From Eledone cirrhosa (lineage: Eukaryota): 64,000 nucleotides of DNA. The translations under genes were made by a program, and so were the position numbers. Below the pieces are notes generated by a model. It was given only the letters and a program-made list of their open reading frames with translations. It was not told the DNA's origin and made no database searches. The stretch covers positions 26,660,001-26,724,000 of the forward strand of contig OZ024750.1 in NCBI GenBank assembly GCA_964016885.1, given 5' to 3'. Of the stretch, positions 1 through 12,176 are shown piece by piece. Position 1 is the stretch's first letter. Each line of letters starts with the position of its first letter.

Positions 1-421
1 CAGCACCTGCTCCTGCAATTCTTGCACTTAATTCAGCCCCATGCGTTCCATCACTTGTGAACATTGCCCCAAGACACTTAAATTTCTCCACCTGTTTCAG
101 TGGAACCCCATTCATATATAGATTGCAAGGCACAATATTCCTTTAGACGACGAGTATCTCAGTTTTCACAGCATTGATTTACATTCCAGCCATGCAGAAC
201 TCGATATCAAACCTACAGAGTGCAATTTGGTGATTACCTTCTGCCGAATTAAGGAATAGCGAGTCGTCTGAAAATTCTAGCCGACTGATTTTACACTTGC
301 CAGTCGTGATACAACTTCTAGCCCGACTGCCCATGTCAATCCTTTTCATATAGATAATGAACACGATAGCTGAAAGACGCATCCTTGGCAGAATCCGACT
401 CCCATATTGAAAGGTTTCCAT
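1..421 (-). mobile_element. Degenerate RTE-like LINE RT fragment (catalytic/thumb region)
   Basis: Minus-strand translation LEFSDD...INAVKTEILV...LKQVEKFKCLG matches the YADD..N..KT..F.YLG layout of LINE RT; contains stops. Confidence 0.6.
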
Positions 422-429
422 TTAGCACC

Positions 430-1040
430 ATTTATCCAGTAGTAGTCCTGCCTATCATAAATTCAAACGTCATCTTATCTACTTTGATTATCTCCTGAAT
501 TAATCATGCTATAACATTTTCAACAAATGTTATGATATGGTCCATCAAGTTGATACTTCTATACTTATTCTCTCTAGTGTATCTTCATTGCCCTTGTAGA
601 AGTTGACATTAACTTTGATGCACCAGTCATTGGATATGACACATTTCTTGGACTACTTGATTAACTATATGTCTGACTAGCACATATCCTACAATGCCGG
701 GTGCTTTTAGCATCTCAACAAATATACCAGATGGTCCAGTGGTCTTCTCTAGTTTCATGTCCCTAATTGTTTTATCTATCTCATTGCTGTCAACTTCTTA
801 GCTGATCCCTTAGTCAGATGTACATGTGGTAAGCCCTTACTGTCCTATTTATTCTCTTCGTTCAGTAGTGTCTCGTAGTAAGTACTTCTTTTCGGCATAA
901 GACAGGGTAGGTGTTCTATCATTTGTACCATTTCACGATTTTCTCTAGCACACTCTCTTGCAATCCGATATACACCCGTCAACTGTTCTACGCGACGAAG
1001 AACATGAGCAACTGTTTTTATCCCTCTGCCCTTGCTAGGA
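430..1040 (-). mobile_element. Degenerate LINE RT N-terminal fragment (RTE-like)
   Basis: Minus-strand EIDKTIRDMKLEKTTGPSGIFVEMLK..PNDW..FYKG resembles RT domain 0/1 (KAPGPDG..P.DW..YKKG); frameshifted. Confidence 0.55.
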
Positions 1041-1454
1041 ATACCTAGTTAAACCTAATTAAGGAGATAATGGATGTAAGGGTGGGTAGGAAGACTGGAC
1101 ACAAGAAAGAGAGGAGTCAAGCTGTTCATTCATGCTAAAAAGAAGTGGCGCCGATAGAATAGTCGATGTAACGGCCGTATAACTCAGGGGTAGGTGCAGT
1201 ATACTGGGAGAAAATTTGAGCTTCGTCGTAGCTGACGAACAAGCCGGCGTATTTCGTGCACATTCAATTTACCAGGGCTATCCCAGTAATTTGTTGGTAA
1301 TACTTTCCCCAAATGATTGAGGTTGAGAACAACTGAATCTTTTATCACAACTTTAATCTTATAATAATTGATATGGTATATAATTGATACCTCATTTATA
1401 ACTGTATTTAATTAAAGGTATATTCAACATTGTCATGTATATTGATATTATCAG

Positions 1455-1589
1455 AATGCCCAGCAGGAAAGTTTGGTGAGATTTGTCGATTGACATGCCA
1501 TTGTTTCAAAAATAGTAAGTGTGACAAGCTAACTGGAAGGTGTCCAGCTGGATGTGCTGCAGGTTATATGGGTAACAGCTGCAACACAG
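1455..1589 (+). CDS. EGF-like (MEGF10/SCARF-type) exon, 135 nt; donor site atypical
   Basis: tcag acceptor; reads CPAGKFGEICRLTCHCFKNSKCDKLTGRCPAGCAAGYMGNSCNT; the phase-1 boundary is followed by tt rather than gt. Confidence 0.8.
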
Positions 1590-1615
1590 TTATTTCCTAA
1601 TGATGCTAAGTATTT

Positions 1616-1652
<37 letters not shown>

Positions 1653-1654
1653 AT

Positions 1655-1815
1655 GAAATGACAGGAGGCTAGATTTGTGTAAATCCTTGAAAGGTTTATT
1701 ATACTATGATCATTTCTATGACTGGGTTCCGTATGAATCCGGTGACATCATCAGGTATTCGAAATATAATACGTGAATGTAATAGATAAAATCCATGGGG
1801 CTGAAAACGAGGACC
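1655..1815 (-). repeat. Dispersed repeat with degenerate hammerhead-like core (copy at about 17547-17715)
   Basis: Shared caggaggct..ccttgaaaggtttattatactatgatcattt..tgacatcatcaggtattc in both copies; minus strand CTGATGA...GAAC..GTC. Confidence 0.6.
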
Positions 1816-2233
1816 CGAGGGCGACCGCTATTCTGTTCCTTCAACTTCAGCCGGTCGCCCTGGAGTGACGTGGCTAAAGTTTTTAGTATGTACTACCGGT
1901 CAGATAAACGAAAACAGAAAGGGATGGGAACATAAGTTAACGTCAATCTCATGACACAAGGTAAAAGAAAGAAAGAAAGGAAGAAGAGAGAAGAGGGGGG
2001 AAGAAAGAAGAAGAGAAGCCAGGGTTAATGTCAGCTAAAAGAAGAAAGGTAACTACTACCGGTCAGATATAGGCAAGCAGGAGGGGGAAGGAAGATAAGT
2101 CTGCGGGAGGAAGACAGGAAGAGGGGAGAAGAGAAGGAAGAGAAGAGAGAAGTAGAAAAGTAAGGGTTGATGGCTACAAGAAGGATTGACCATACGGAAT
2201 AGACCAGCTCTATACAGTGGTGAACCTCAAACC

Positions 2234-2306
<73 letters not shown>

Positions 2307-2439
2307 AGAAAATGCGAGGTAGTTTCAGATATATTATCCATTTATTGAACGTACAGTAGAACGGAATGTAAATTACAGTATGAAACGTAGTAATTAGGCA
2401 AACAATTAGTTAATATCTTCTTCTATCATATGAATCAAA

Positions 2440-2750
2440 ACAAAACAAAAAGTTCTTCATCCTCAGTGTATACTGATTAATGTTCAGATCGATCCTTAGC
2501 ATTCTCGTGTAGCGCACATCCACCATCTGAGTAAGTTTCTTGGTCAGTGTCCCAGTCTCAGACCCATACAATAACACAGACTCCACTACAGCAACGAAGA
2601 GAAGGATCTTCAGGTCTCTACGAAGGTCTGATTTCCACACCGAGCTCAAACTGTGGCACGCCGCCCAGGCTTTGCTCTTCCACTCTACCACATCACCTTC
2701 TGTATTCCCAATTTGCTCCCAGATACAGGAAGTCCTCAACCAAGTCTAGC
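2440..2750 (-). mobile_element. RTE-like LINE fragment (post-RT region)
   Basis: ORF 2410-2739: KAWAACHSLSSVWKS..LFVAVVESVLLYGSET..LT..YTRMLR, the typical LLYG.ETW motif. Confidence 0.75.
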
Positions 2751-3275
2751 GGCTCCCCCCCCCCCTACATTAGTAATCTTCTCTGGCTTCTTAATATTCT
2801 CTACCATATACTTCATCTTAATCTCATTCATTCAAAGCCCCATACTAATCGACAGTCTCCACCTCCTGCATCAAATCCTATGCCTCCTTCACTGTGTTTT
2901 TCACCGGAACTATGTCATCGACAAATTAGTTATGTAGATTTCTAGCCAGTATAGAGAAGGTTAATGTGCTCAATGCATATAAGTTTTTAGACTAGCGAAC
3001 CATGCGATTAAATGTAATGAGAGATAGCTTAACAGTCGTATAATAAGCTGAGGAAAAACTGTTTTTAAAATGCTGGAGAGAATAACAAAGATTTATGAAT
3101 ACATGTATATATATTTAATGGCTGACAAGTATGGCAGCGAAAAAAATTTATAACAGCCATTTTGTGTGGCTGCTATAACGTCCTTTCACTTCCAACCTTT
3201 TAATATCAATATTCCACATTTTGGTGATATAATTTAATTCATGAATTAATATGTTATGAAGAATTTTCTTTTGTA

Positions 3276-3383
3276 GGCTCTGATGATAATAGTAATTTTT
3301 AATGGATTAATATCGATTTATATTCGATATCCCAACATGTATGTCCATCCTTACTGTGCAATATTCGAAAAAACTTGTCAGCC
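3276..3383 (+). ncRNA. Degenerate type I hammerhead motif inside inverted repeat 3067-3130/3373-3434
   Basis: ggct-CTGATGA...GAAAaaacttGTC-agcc; stem I has 4 bp, stem III is imperfect. Confidence 0.4.
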
Positions 3384-4405
3384 ATTAAATATATACATAT
3401 ATTTATAAATCTTTGTTATTCTCTCCAGCATTTTCAATAATATATATATTTATATATATATACGGATTAACAAATAATAGTTAAATGCAGTCTACTTAGG
3501 TGAAGTCCAGTTATGGTATTCCAGGTAGTGGATGATATTAACGCTTGGCTTGGTTTGACTCAACAAGGCGTTTTCATAGTGATGCTGCGGGTATGCTGTA
3601 ATTCCTATGTTGTAAACACTTGGAGTAATAATAAATCAGGAAAGAAAGTTTACATGGTTTGCTATACAAAACAGTTTTTAATCACATAGCTTACATTTGT
3701 TTCACTGAACTGGTATGTCTAGAGATCGCTATCCGCTTAATTTTGCGTTACTCGATCGCCAATACAGAATTATAACCAGTCAGATCTTCGGAGCATGCGA
3801 GAATGAAGAAAATACACAGGCAAGAAAAGAAAAGAAAATACAGGCTACTATATGAAGTAGTAATGGCAATCAATTAGAACAATAACAACAATTACAACAA
3901 TGCTATCAATAAATTATTTAAGGAGACCCTGACATTACTTAGGTGGGGGTATATAATGATATTGAGCTATTGTATATCCTTAGAAATGTTAAAAGGCTAC
4001 TTAACAATAAGTTAGAAAGATCTATCTTCTGCAGACCTAGAATAGCCACTAAATTCATAAGATTCAAACCCCCGTGAATCGAACCAACATAACATAGCTT
4101 TAAATTAGGATACCTACTACCCACAGAAATATATTCATTAAGTATACTATATCCTTCACAAGTCTATACCACACAATTGTCTGTAAGTACCTCATCTACC
4201 AACAATCTTACTCCTTCTCAGCTGCTGCCATCATTTGATCCTGAATCCTAGTTTTTCTCATTTCACTACTACAATGTTACTTTACCTTCTTTTTGCCATA
4301 ATTACAATTAGCACGCTTTTCTCTTTGCATGTATGTATATTTTTGTACGAGTGTATATTGATGTGTATGTATGTGTCTATGTACACATGCATGCGTATAT
4401 ATGTG

Positions 4406-4457
<52 letters not shown>

Positions 4458-4640
4458 TGTGTGTGTGCGTAAATATATGCGTATATTATATCACGATGAT
4501 GCTCTATGTATCCCACTCAAACATAAAAAGACGATTAGAGCGGATGAAGATGTGAATATCTTAAGTTTTCAAGAACATAAAACTAGAAGTCGCAATCTAC
4601 AGTAAACATTCAAAATCTGATCTATCAATTCTTCGACATT

Positions 4641-4696
<56 letters not shown>

Positions 4697-4715
4697 GTAT
4701 ATATATATATATTAT

Positions 4716-4750
<35 letters not shown>

Positions 4751-4966
4751 GGGATAACAGGTTATCGTTAGAGGCAGTCCACTTAGATGTAGTCCAGTTG
4801 GAGTACTCCGTGTAGTGGATAGTATTAACGTGTTGCTTAGTCTGACTCAACAAGACGTTTCCATAGTGATGCTGCGAGTTCGCGGTGATTTCTATGCAAG
4901 TTGAGATGGAGGGTCTGTGGTTTTTCTCACATGTGAGAAAAAACACAGACCCTCCATCTCAACTCT

Positions 4967-5004
4967 ACTTTTGAAAAGCAGAAGAACTGCGAAACCGGTA
5001 AAGG
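4967..5004 (+). ncRNA. Minimal hammerhead ribozyme, U3-A8 variant (copy 1)
   Basis: ctt-TTGAAAA-gcag aagaa ctgc-GAAA-CCGG-TA-aag. Confidence 0.55.
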
Positions 5005-5134
5005 AACCAAATAAATAATTATATTTTTTCAAAAATAAGACTCCAGTGGCATTTTCGATTTCATCATTTTTTCTTTATACTTTCACTCGTGTAGGACACC
5101 TCTGTTATTTTTCATTTTGTCAAAAAATCCTCAC

Positions 5135-5163
<29 letters not shown>

Positions 5164-5165
<2 letters not shown>

Positions 5166-5960
5166 ATCGGAGAAAGCTAATAGCGATACTCCGGCCAAAT
5201 TCCAACTCACTCAACAAACATTAAGAAATACTTGTGTATATTCCTAATTAAACGTTCGGGGTGCTAACTAATTGTATTGTGTGGAAAATTGGCTGTATCA
5301 TTTCATATGAGATATATCAAATAAATCTCTTCCCAGACAACTCGTTTCACTACAAGATTTCTACAAGTTGGGTGAAATTATACCAATTTATGTAGAAGTT
5401 TGTATAAGATCAAGAGATACTTATTCAAGTAGGCTCTTATAATTCTTCAGTGGGTGCCCAATAATATTAATATTGATAACCAAATCAACATCAATATTTA
5501 GCGATAATCACCATCAGTGCTTGAGGGAGCTGCTAGGTTGTTAGTCCAGCAGTTCTAAAGAAAATCTCACACTGTCTAGAAAATAGGAGGAAGGAGACTA
5601 CCGCCAAAAAACAATACATGCCCAGGTCAATGAATTCTGAAAAGAATTCAAGCTACGGGCTAGAACTCAATTGGATATGAAAAAATAATCATGTGCGCAG
5701 CGCTTGATGACACAGATATTTTCTCGGGCAAAATAACAGAATGAGCTACAAGAACAAACAATCAGTATTCATATAAAAAATAAACAAAGAGAGTCATACC
5801 TTATATCGGGAAAGTTCATATCTGTTGCTCCAAGAGTAAATATATAAATACATAATCGGAGAAAGCTAATAGCTATACTCCGGCCAAATTCCAACTCACT
5901 CAACAAACATTAGGAAATACCTGAATATATTCCTAATAAGGCGTTCGGGGTGCTAACTAA
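5164..5960 (+). repeat. Two direct copies of a ~107-bp repeat (5164-5270, 5852-5960)
   Basis: ataatcggagaaagctaatagc...ggggtgctaactaa occurs twice. Confidence 0.8.
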
Positions 5961-6011
<51 letters not shown>

Positions 6012-6384
6012 GAGCAAAAATGGCCAAGACTGCTGCTATGGTAACAGTCAGGCTGCTGTCTTCTTAACAAACCACTTTCCACTGATTGACCTCGATGTCA
6101 CGTGATTGATAATTTTGAATTTGCCACCGACGCAGTAGACAGTGATTTTCTCAATGGCTAGGAATTTAGTCCACGCCTTGCATTTTCCATCCACTGAATT
6201 ATTTTTGTATAAGTTCCCAGTGTCCACGTATTGCCTGGAAACTTAGCTGAGAATAGACTTCCCAGATGACGAAAGGCTTCTCTGTACACTTCTTCGGAAA
6301 GTATGTTTATTCCCTTTCAGAAACTAATTAGTTGGGAGTGAAATTTTAGTAAGTAAGTTAATTTTATAATTTTCTTATTTTACG

Positions 6385-6479
<95 letters not shown>

Positions 6480-6615
6480 GTCCAGAATTAGCCGTCGAAA
6501 CGGCTTGAGCACAGCCGTCGGGGTCCTACCCGTTCCTATTATCCACTCTACTCCACTAAGTAATGAGTACTTTGGTGCGTTATGATCCATCTGGTTCCTT
6601 ACCACATTTCCTTCG

Positions 6616-6705
<90 letters not shown>

Positions 6706-6774
6706 AAAAAGAGATGAAATCGAAAATGCAACTGGAGTCTTATTTTTTTAAAAAATATATATATTTATTTGGTT

Positions 6775-6812
6775 CCTTTACCGGTTTCGCAGTTCTTCTG
6801 CTTTTCAAAAGG
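6775..6812 (-). ncRNA. Minimal hammerhead ribozyme, U3-A8 variant (copy 2)
   Basis: Reverse complement of 6885-6922. Confidence 0.6.
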
Positions 6813-6884
6813 TGAGTTGAGATGGAGGGTCTGTGGTTTTTCTCTCAGATGTGAGAAAAACCACAGACCCTCCATCTCAACTCA

Positions 6885-6922
6885 CCTTTTGAAAAGCAGA
6901 AGAACTGCGAAACCGGTAAAGG
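6885..6922 (+). ncRNA. Minimal hammerhead ribozyme, U3-A8 variant (copy 3)
   Basis: cctt-TTGAAAA-gcag/ctgc stem II-GAAA-CCGG-TA-aagg; stem I cctt/aagg; palindromic stem III. Confidence 0.6.
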
Positions 6923-7052
6923 AACCAAATAAATATATATATTTAAAAAAAAAATAAGACTCCAGTTGCATTTTCGATTCCATCTCTTTTTCTTTATACT
7001 TTCACTCGTGTAGGACACCTCGGTTATTTTTCACTTTGTAAAAAAACCTCAC

Positions 7053-7202
<150 letters not shown>

Positions 7203-7261
7203 GAAGTTGTTCAGATGGATGTACTCCAGGTCATATTGGCAAGATCACAATTGCCAAGAAG
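7203..7261 (+). pseudogene. Truncated, frameshifted 3' half of an EGF-like exon
   Basis: [12 protein letters not shown]+5 nt insertion+HNCQE followed by gt donor; the 5' half is replaced by (TA)n. Confidence 0.7.
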
Positions 7262-7405
7262 GTATATCATAAACTTGTTACATAATTACTATAATTCCTA
7301 TATACACACACACATATATATATGTTTATGTGTGTGTTTGTGTGTGTGTATCGGCAAGCGTGTGTAAATATGATGTTTAATATAGAAATCTTATATATAT
7401 TTCAG

Positions 7406-7540
7406 AATGCCCGGTAGGATGGTTTGGTTTTAAATGTAAAGGGGTATGCCATTGTAACTACGTCCTTAACTGCGACTTCCGTTCTGGAAGATGTTCAGAT
7501 GGATGTACTGCAGGTTATCTTGGACACAATTGCCAAGAAG
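7406..7540 (+). CDS. EGF-like exon, 135 nt, phase 1-1, intact
   Basis: tttcag|...|gtat; CPVGWFGFKCKGVCHCNYVLNCDFRSGRCSDGCTAGYLGHNCQE. Confidence 0.88.
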
Positions 7541-7576
7541 GTATATTATAAACTTGTTACGTATTTACTGTAATTA

Positions 7577-7667
<91 letters not shown>

Positions 7668-7853
7668 CACACACATACACACACACATACACACACACAC
7701 GCACACATTCACACATATATATGTATGTGTTTCCGTGTGTATGTGTGTGTTTGTGTGTGTGTGCATATGTCTGTGTGTGTGGAAATATGATGTTTAATAT
7801 AGAAATCGCTTCTACAGGTCTACTTTTGAATGAAATAGTTCTAATAGTTCTAA

Positions 7854-7885
<32 letters not shown>

Positions 7886-8015
7886 GAGATTCCTGATGAT
7901 TTCTAAAGAATGGAACATTTCTAGTCCTGCAGAATCTCATCTATATTAAAATGTTATACTCTGCTATGTATTGAGTACCTTACTGTGGTTACCTCCGATT
8001 CAACCCGGAATAGCG

Positions 8016-8047
<32 letters not shown>

Positions 8048-8145
8048 TTAATATAGATGAGATTCTACAGGACTAGAACTGTTTCATTCTTTAGAAATAT
8101 ATAGATCACTTTTATATATATAAGTGGTCATATATATATATATAT

Positions 8146-9102
8146 ACTAGACATGAAAAATGCGCAAGCTCAAAAGTGCCACAGAATGTTATAATAAGCC
8201 TTCAAAAGTGTGGGACTAGAGTTGTTGCTAAAAAATATTGTAATCATTATATATCGTACAATCTGTGGCATCCTTTATAAAAATAGCTTAAACCAACGAA
8301 GCCTTTATTTTTACGCTATTTCACTTAGTTAATTCTTAGAGTGTAACATATAAAAATATGATTTACAACTATAAAATAAATTAATTAATATAATAACAGA
8401 GCTGCGGAGCTGAAATTTAGGAAATAATGGAGTATCGGATCCTGAGTTGGAGCCAGTCAATTTTTGGCCGACTCCGCAGCCCTGTATAATACATTTCATA
8501 TTAAAGTTATTAATAAACCTATTTTACACTGTATGCAAATTACCATGAGATATTGATATTAGATATAAGATACAGCGCAATATCTACAGCTGTAAAAGTA
8601 CGAAAGCGAAGTAATAATAAGTGGCTTAAGGTAATTCCAATATGAAAGTTTGTAGTGATAAAAATTTGATAATGCAATACGATTGTTAATATTATAGTTC
8701 TATGAAAATGTAACAATAGATAACTAAATTATTTTACTATTAGTATATTTAAGAAATTATCATTATAGATTTGACCGTTCATATAAGCATCATATTAATT
8801 TTCAACACAATTATTTTGTTACTATGAGTATATGATAATAATATTACGTAATTATTTATAGCTGTTATTACATTAAACATAGATGTATTTATTTTTATAT
8901 GTTACACTCTAAGAATTAACTAAGTGAAATAGCGTAAAAATAAAGGCTTCGTTGGTTTAAGCTATTTTTATAAAGGATGCCACAGAATGTACGATATATA
9001 ATGATTACAATATTTTTTAGCAACAACTCTAGTCCCACACTTTTGAAGGTTTATTATAACATTCTGTGGCACTTTTGAGCTTGCGCATTTTTCATGTCTA
9101 GT
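8146..9102. repeat. ~212-bp inverted repeat (8146-8358 / 8890-9102) with ~530-bp spacer
   Basis: actagacatgaaaaatgcgc...taaaaata is almost exactly reverse-complemented in the right arm. Confidence 0.9.
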
Positions 9103-9694
9103 TTAATATTTTTTTAAGGCAACGCTTGTAATAACTCTAGTTAAACAGGATATATATTAATAATAAATTATCGTTGTAATGTAATTAGATTATGTAATTG
9201 TTATTATAAATTATCTTATAAATATTAGTGTAAGATGTATAAAAATATTTTCAGACTTTTAATATAAACAACTACAAAAACAATCAATATTAAATCAATA
9301 TATTATACATAATAGAAAACATAAAATAAACAATACAAAAACAAAATATTTACATACAATTGCAATTATCAGTGTATATACATTTTCTTTATATTCCCTG
9401 AGCAAATTAATAAGATTTGTTTTTATTGTACATAATTTGATGACTTGTTGGAGTGTATTAAAAGATAGCAACAATTTGTGATTAAATTGTTATCTTAAGC
9501 AACTCACTTTTTAATAGTTGTTGGCTGAGCGAAATTGTAAAAGCCTATGAGCAAATATAAAAAAAAATACACAAACAACATTTCCTTGTGTTATTACAAC
9601 ATTAGATAAAATAATTGAGCAATGTCGTTATATTTTGCTCTTATTGCACATTAATAGTGTTTCTATTTTTCGGCACAAATCCATTACGGCAGTC

Positions 9695-9820
9695 CATTAC
9701 TGGTACTTTATTTTATCGAATTAGTAAGTATGAAAGTCGAAGTTAACCTCGGCAGGATTTGAACTTAGAATGCAAAGGACCATAACAATACTGCAAAGCA
9801 TGGTGTCTGACGCTCTACCA
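9695..9820 (-). mobile_element. tRNA-derived SINE fragment (family also at 59780-60058 and 61380-62415)
   Basis: cattactggtactttattttatcga...aaag..aagttaacctcggc.ggatttgaact, with a B-box on the minus strand. Confidence 0.75.
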
Positions 9821-10292
9821 ATACTTGTGTTGAGCTGGTCATTAATTTATGGTGGTCGTGCGTGGAGTAGAGCAATCGCTAGTTGAAATATTATGAACAA
9901 AACATTTTTATTTGCCGAAGAACATATTTTCAATACTGTTTGTGAATGTGACGAAGGAAATACATTCTGATATGGAACAGTGTACAAAGTGTGTCTGTGA
10001 ATAACATAATGTTACCTCATGTTGTTGTCAAGACATAATGGATTTCGTATATCCAGTTAAAAGATGAAACCTAGCCATCTCGGATTAGTTATATTTCATG
10101 CCATGTGTAAACGTGTTTGAGGATAGCAAAATATGCGTGTTTCTTGTCTGGAAACTTTCTGCTAAACTGATTGGTTTCGTTTTTGGCACTATACAATACT
10201 CATCCAACAGATAGCTGTATTGGATCCTTGATTGGTTAATATTTAGGTGAGGGTGCTTGATGCAGAGTTAGTGCAAAATGGATCAATGAGTG

Positions 10293-10947
10293 TAATAATA
10301 ATAATGATAATAATAATGAAAATATTGTGTACAATGCTGAGGTGCACTACAACTCATCAAAAGTGCATATATAATACATAGGGTAATATAAAAACGTCAT
10401 GAAAAAAGAACAGTGCATGAGTCATGATATACACATATGTGCATGTGTATGGAAGGGGGACATCAGGTGTAGTTTTGGTGTATTTCGGAATGTATGATGG
10501 TTTTAAAGGATGCAGTGTGTCATCAGCTAACAACTGATGCAGGAAGTTTGTTCCATCCTTCAGCAACTCTGAGCATGAAGAAATATTTCCTAAAGTCATG
10601 GGAGCTGTGTTGTTTTCTGACTTTGTAGGCATGTCCACGTGTTAGACACATGGAGATCAAAAAGGTGTTCGGGGTTGTTGTTGGTCGGATGGTTAATAAC
10701 TTTGTGGGTGTTTACCAAGTCCATTGCCAGAGGGAAGCAAAATATTCAGGGTATGGTAGGTGTCTGATGGAGGGTATGCGCTTGGTTGCATGTCTCTGAA
10801 CAGTTTCCAGGAGGTCAATGTTCTGAGCAAGATAGGGGTTCCAGACTGATGACGCGAACTCCAAGTGTATTCGTACCATAGATGTATACAGCTTTAAATA
10901 GCTGGCTGGAGAGCAGCTAATGAAGGTCTTGCTGATTGATGCCAAGT
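10293..10947 (-). mobile_element. CR1/L2-type LINE 3' end with (TAA)n tail
   Basis: LYTSMVRIHLEFASSVWNPYL..IDLLETVQRHATK (CR1-type motif); the 3' UTR ends in ATT/TAA repeats. Confidence 0.8.
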
Positions 10948-11157
10948 CAATCTTAATAAATTGACTGATTTATCTGTTTACTACTGCTAATCCACCGCTG
11001 TTTGTACAATTTTTTAGATAATGTCAATTTGAGCTTGAATCATTGGCGTAATGAAATTTGAAAAGATTATAAGCAAATCTTTTTTAAAATACACAGACAA
11101 CATTTAACTGTATCGTTGCAACATTAGATCTAATAATGGAGCAACATTTGTGCAGAA

Positions 11158-11622
11158 TTATTGTTTGTGCAATAAGATATTTGCAGATCTGTACTTGGTC
11201 TGCTCTTTAGCCAACTCGGTACGTTTAGAAGCTCTACGCTCGGCTTGCTTTTGAGATATAATAACTGAATTTGCAGATCTATACTTGGCCTGCTTGTTTG
11301 CCAACTCATACCGTTTTGAACATCTATACTTGGCCTGTTTTTGTGTTAATTTAGCAAAATTCACAGCTCTATAATCGGCCTGTTTTTGTCTCAACTTCTC
11401 CCGATTCCGCATCCGGTAAGCTGCTTTCACATCCAATTTAATACGCCCATCTAGATTATTAGCACAGGAATGTGAACAAGCTTGTGGGACCGCATCATTG
11501 TAAGTATATGAACTGCCTGCAACATCAAGACCCAATTCACAAGTGCAGCGTTGCTCATTCACATCGGCAGTGGGGACACCAAAATCAGTGACAGGTCTCG
11601 ATTCACTCGCGAGATACATCAC
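11158..11622 (-). CDS. Possible ORF with basic 15-aa periodic repeats (KQAKYR), probably TE-derived
   Basis: KQADYR/KQAKYR/KQAKYR/KQAERR/EQTKYR spaced 15 aa apart. Confidence 0.35.
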   Translation of the reverse strand: MMYLASESRPVTDFGVPTADVNEQRCTCELGLDVAGSSYTYNDAVPQACSHSCANNLDGRIKLDVKAAYRMRNREKLRQKQADYRAVNFAKLTQKQAKYRCSKRYELANKQAKYRSANSVIISQKQAERRASKRTELAKEQTKYRSANILLHKQ

Positions 11623-11650
11623 AGCTACACTATATATTTAAACATATATA

Positions 11651-11710
11651 CAGTGATACCTCGCTACTTGGCGGTTCAACTATCGCGGATTCACGATTTC
11701 GCGCATTTTT
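11651..11710 (+). mobile_element. TcMar-Tigger-like terminal inverted repeat remnant
   Basis: TA|cagtgatacctcgctact..gcggttca..atcgcggattcacgatttcgcg resembles Tigger-type ends. Confidence 0.5.
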
Positions 11711-11786
11711 AGAATATATATATGAACACCTAACATTTTTCATTAAATCCATTAAAATATTAATAATAAACAGTTCTAATCATACG

Positions 11787-11833
<47 letters not shown>

Positions 11834-11917
11834 TAATTAATACCGTATAAATGGTACAAAGACTGTTTATGTAAAATGTATTTCTCAACAGAGTATTGAA
11901 TACTTAGGAGAAATTCA

Positions 11918-12127
11918 AAACGAAGAGTGATAAAATTTCAAGCAAAGAGTTTAATTAGGTAATGACTTACAAATTTGTTTCAGTATATAGACAAAGCCTG
12001 AAGCGCTAATTATAATAATTAGTTAATAATATTACAAAATATATTAATATTATATTAAATATATACTGAAACAAATTTGTAAGTCATTACCTAATTAAAC
12101 TCTTTGCTTGAAATGTTATCATTCTTC

Positions 12128-12131
<4 letters not shown>
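11918..12131. repeat. ~72-bp inverted repeat with GAAAC-AAATTT-GTA hammerhead 3' half
   Basis: 11918-11989 is the reverse complement of 12061-12131. Confidence 0.75.

Positions 12132-12176
<45 letters not shown>

Larger units (their letters stand above)
6699..6998. repeat. ~300-bp near-perfect palindrome (Penelope pLTR-like, head-to-head)
   Basis: Arms are reverse complements around ctctcagatgtgaga near 6848; a shorter version of the same palindrome is at 4899-4963. Confidence 0.9.

Noticed and set aside
7890-7932. Hammerhead-like CTGATGA..GAAC..GTC family (also about 12790 and 17185-17228)
   Set aside because: No stem I pairing found in any copy, so not called as a ribozyme
9935-10035. Cys-rich stretch (CTKCVCE*HNVTSCCC) resembling a small disulfide domain
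   Set aside because: In-frame stops and no convincing splice sites
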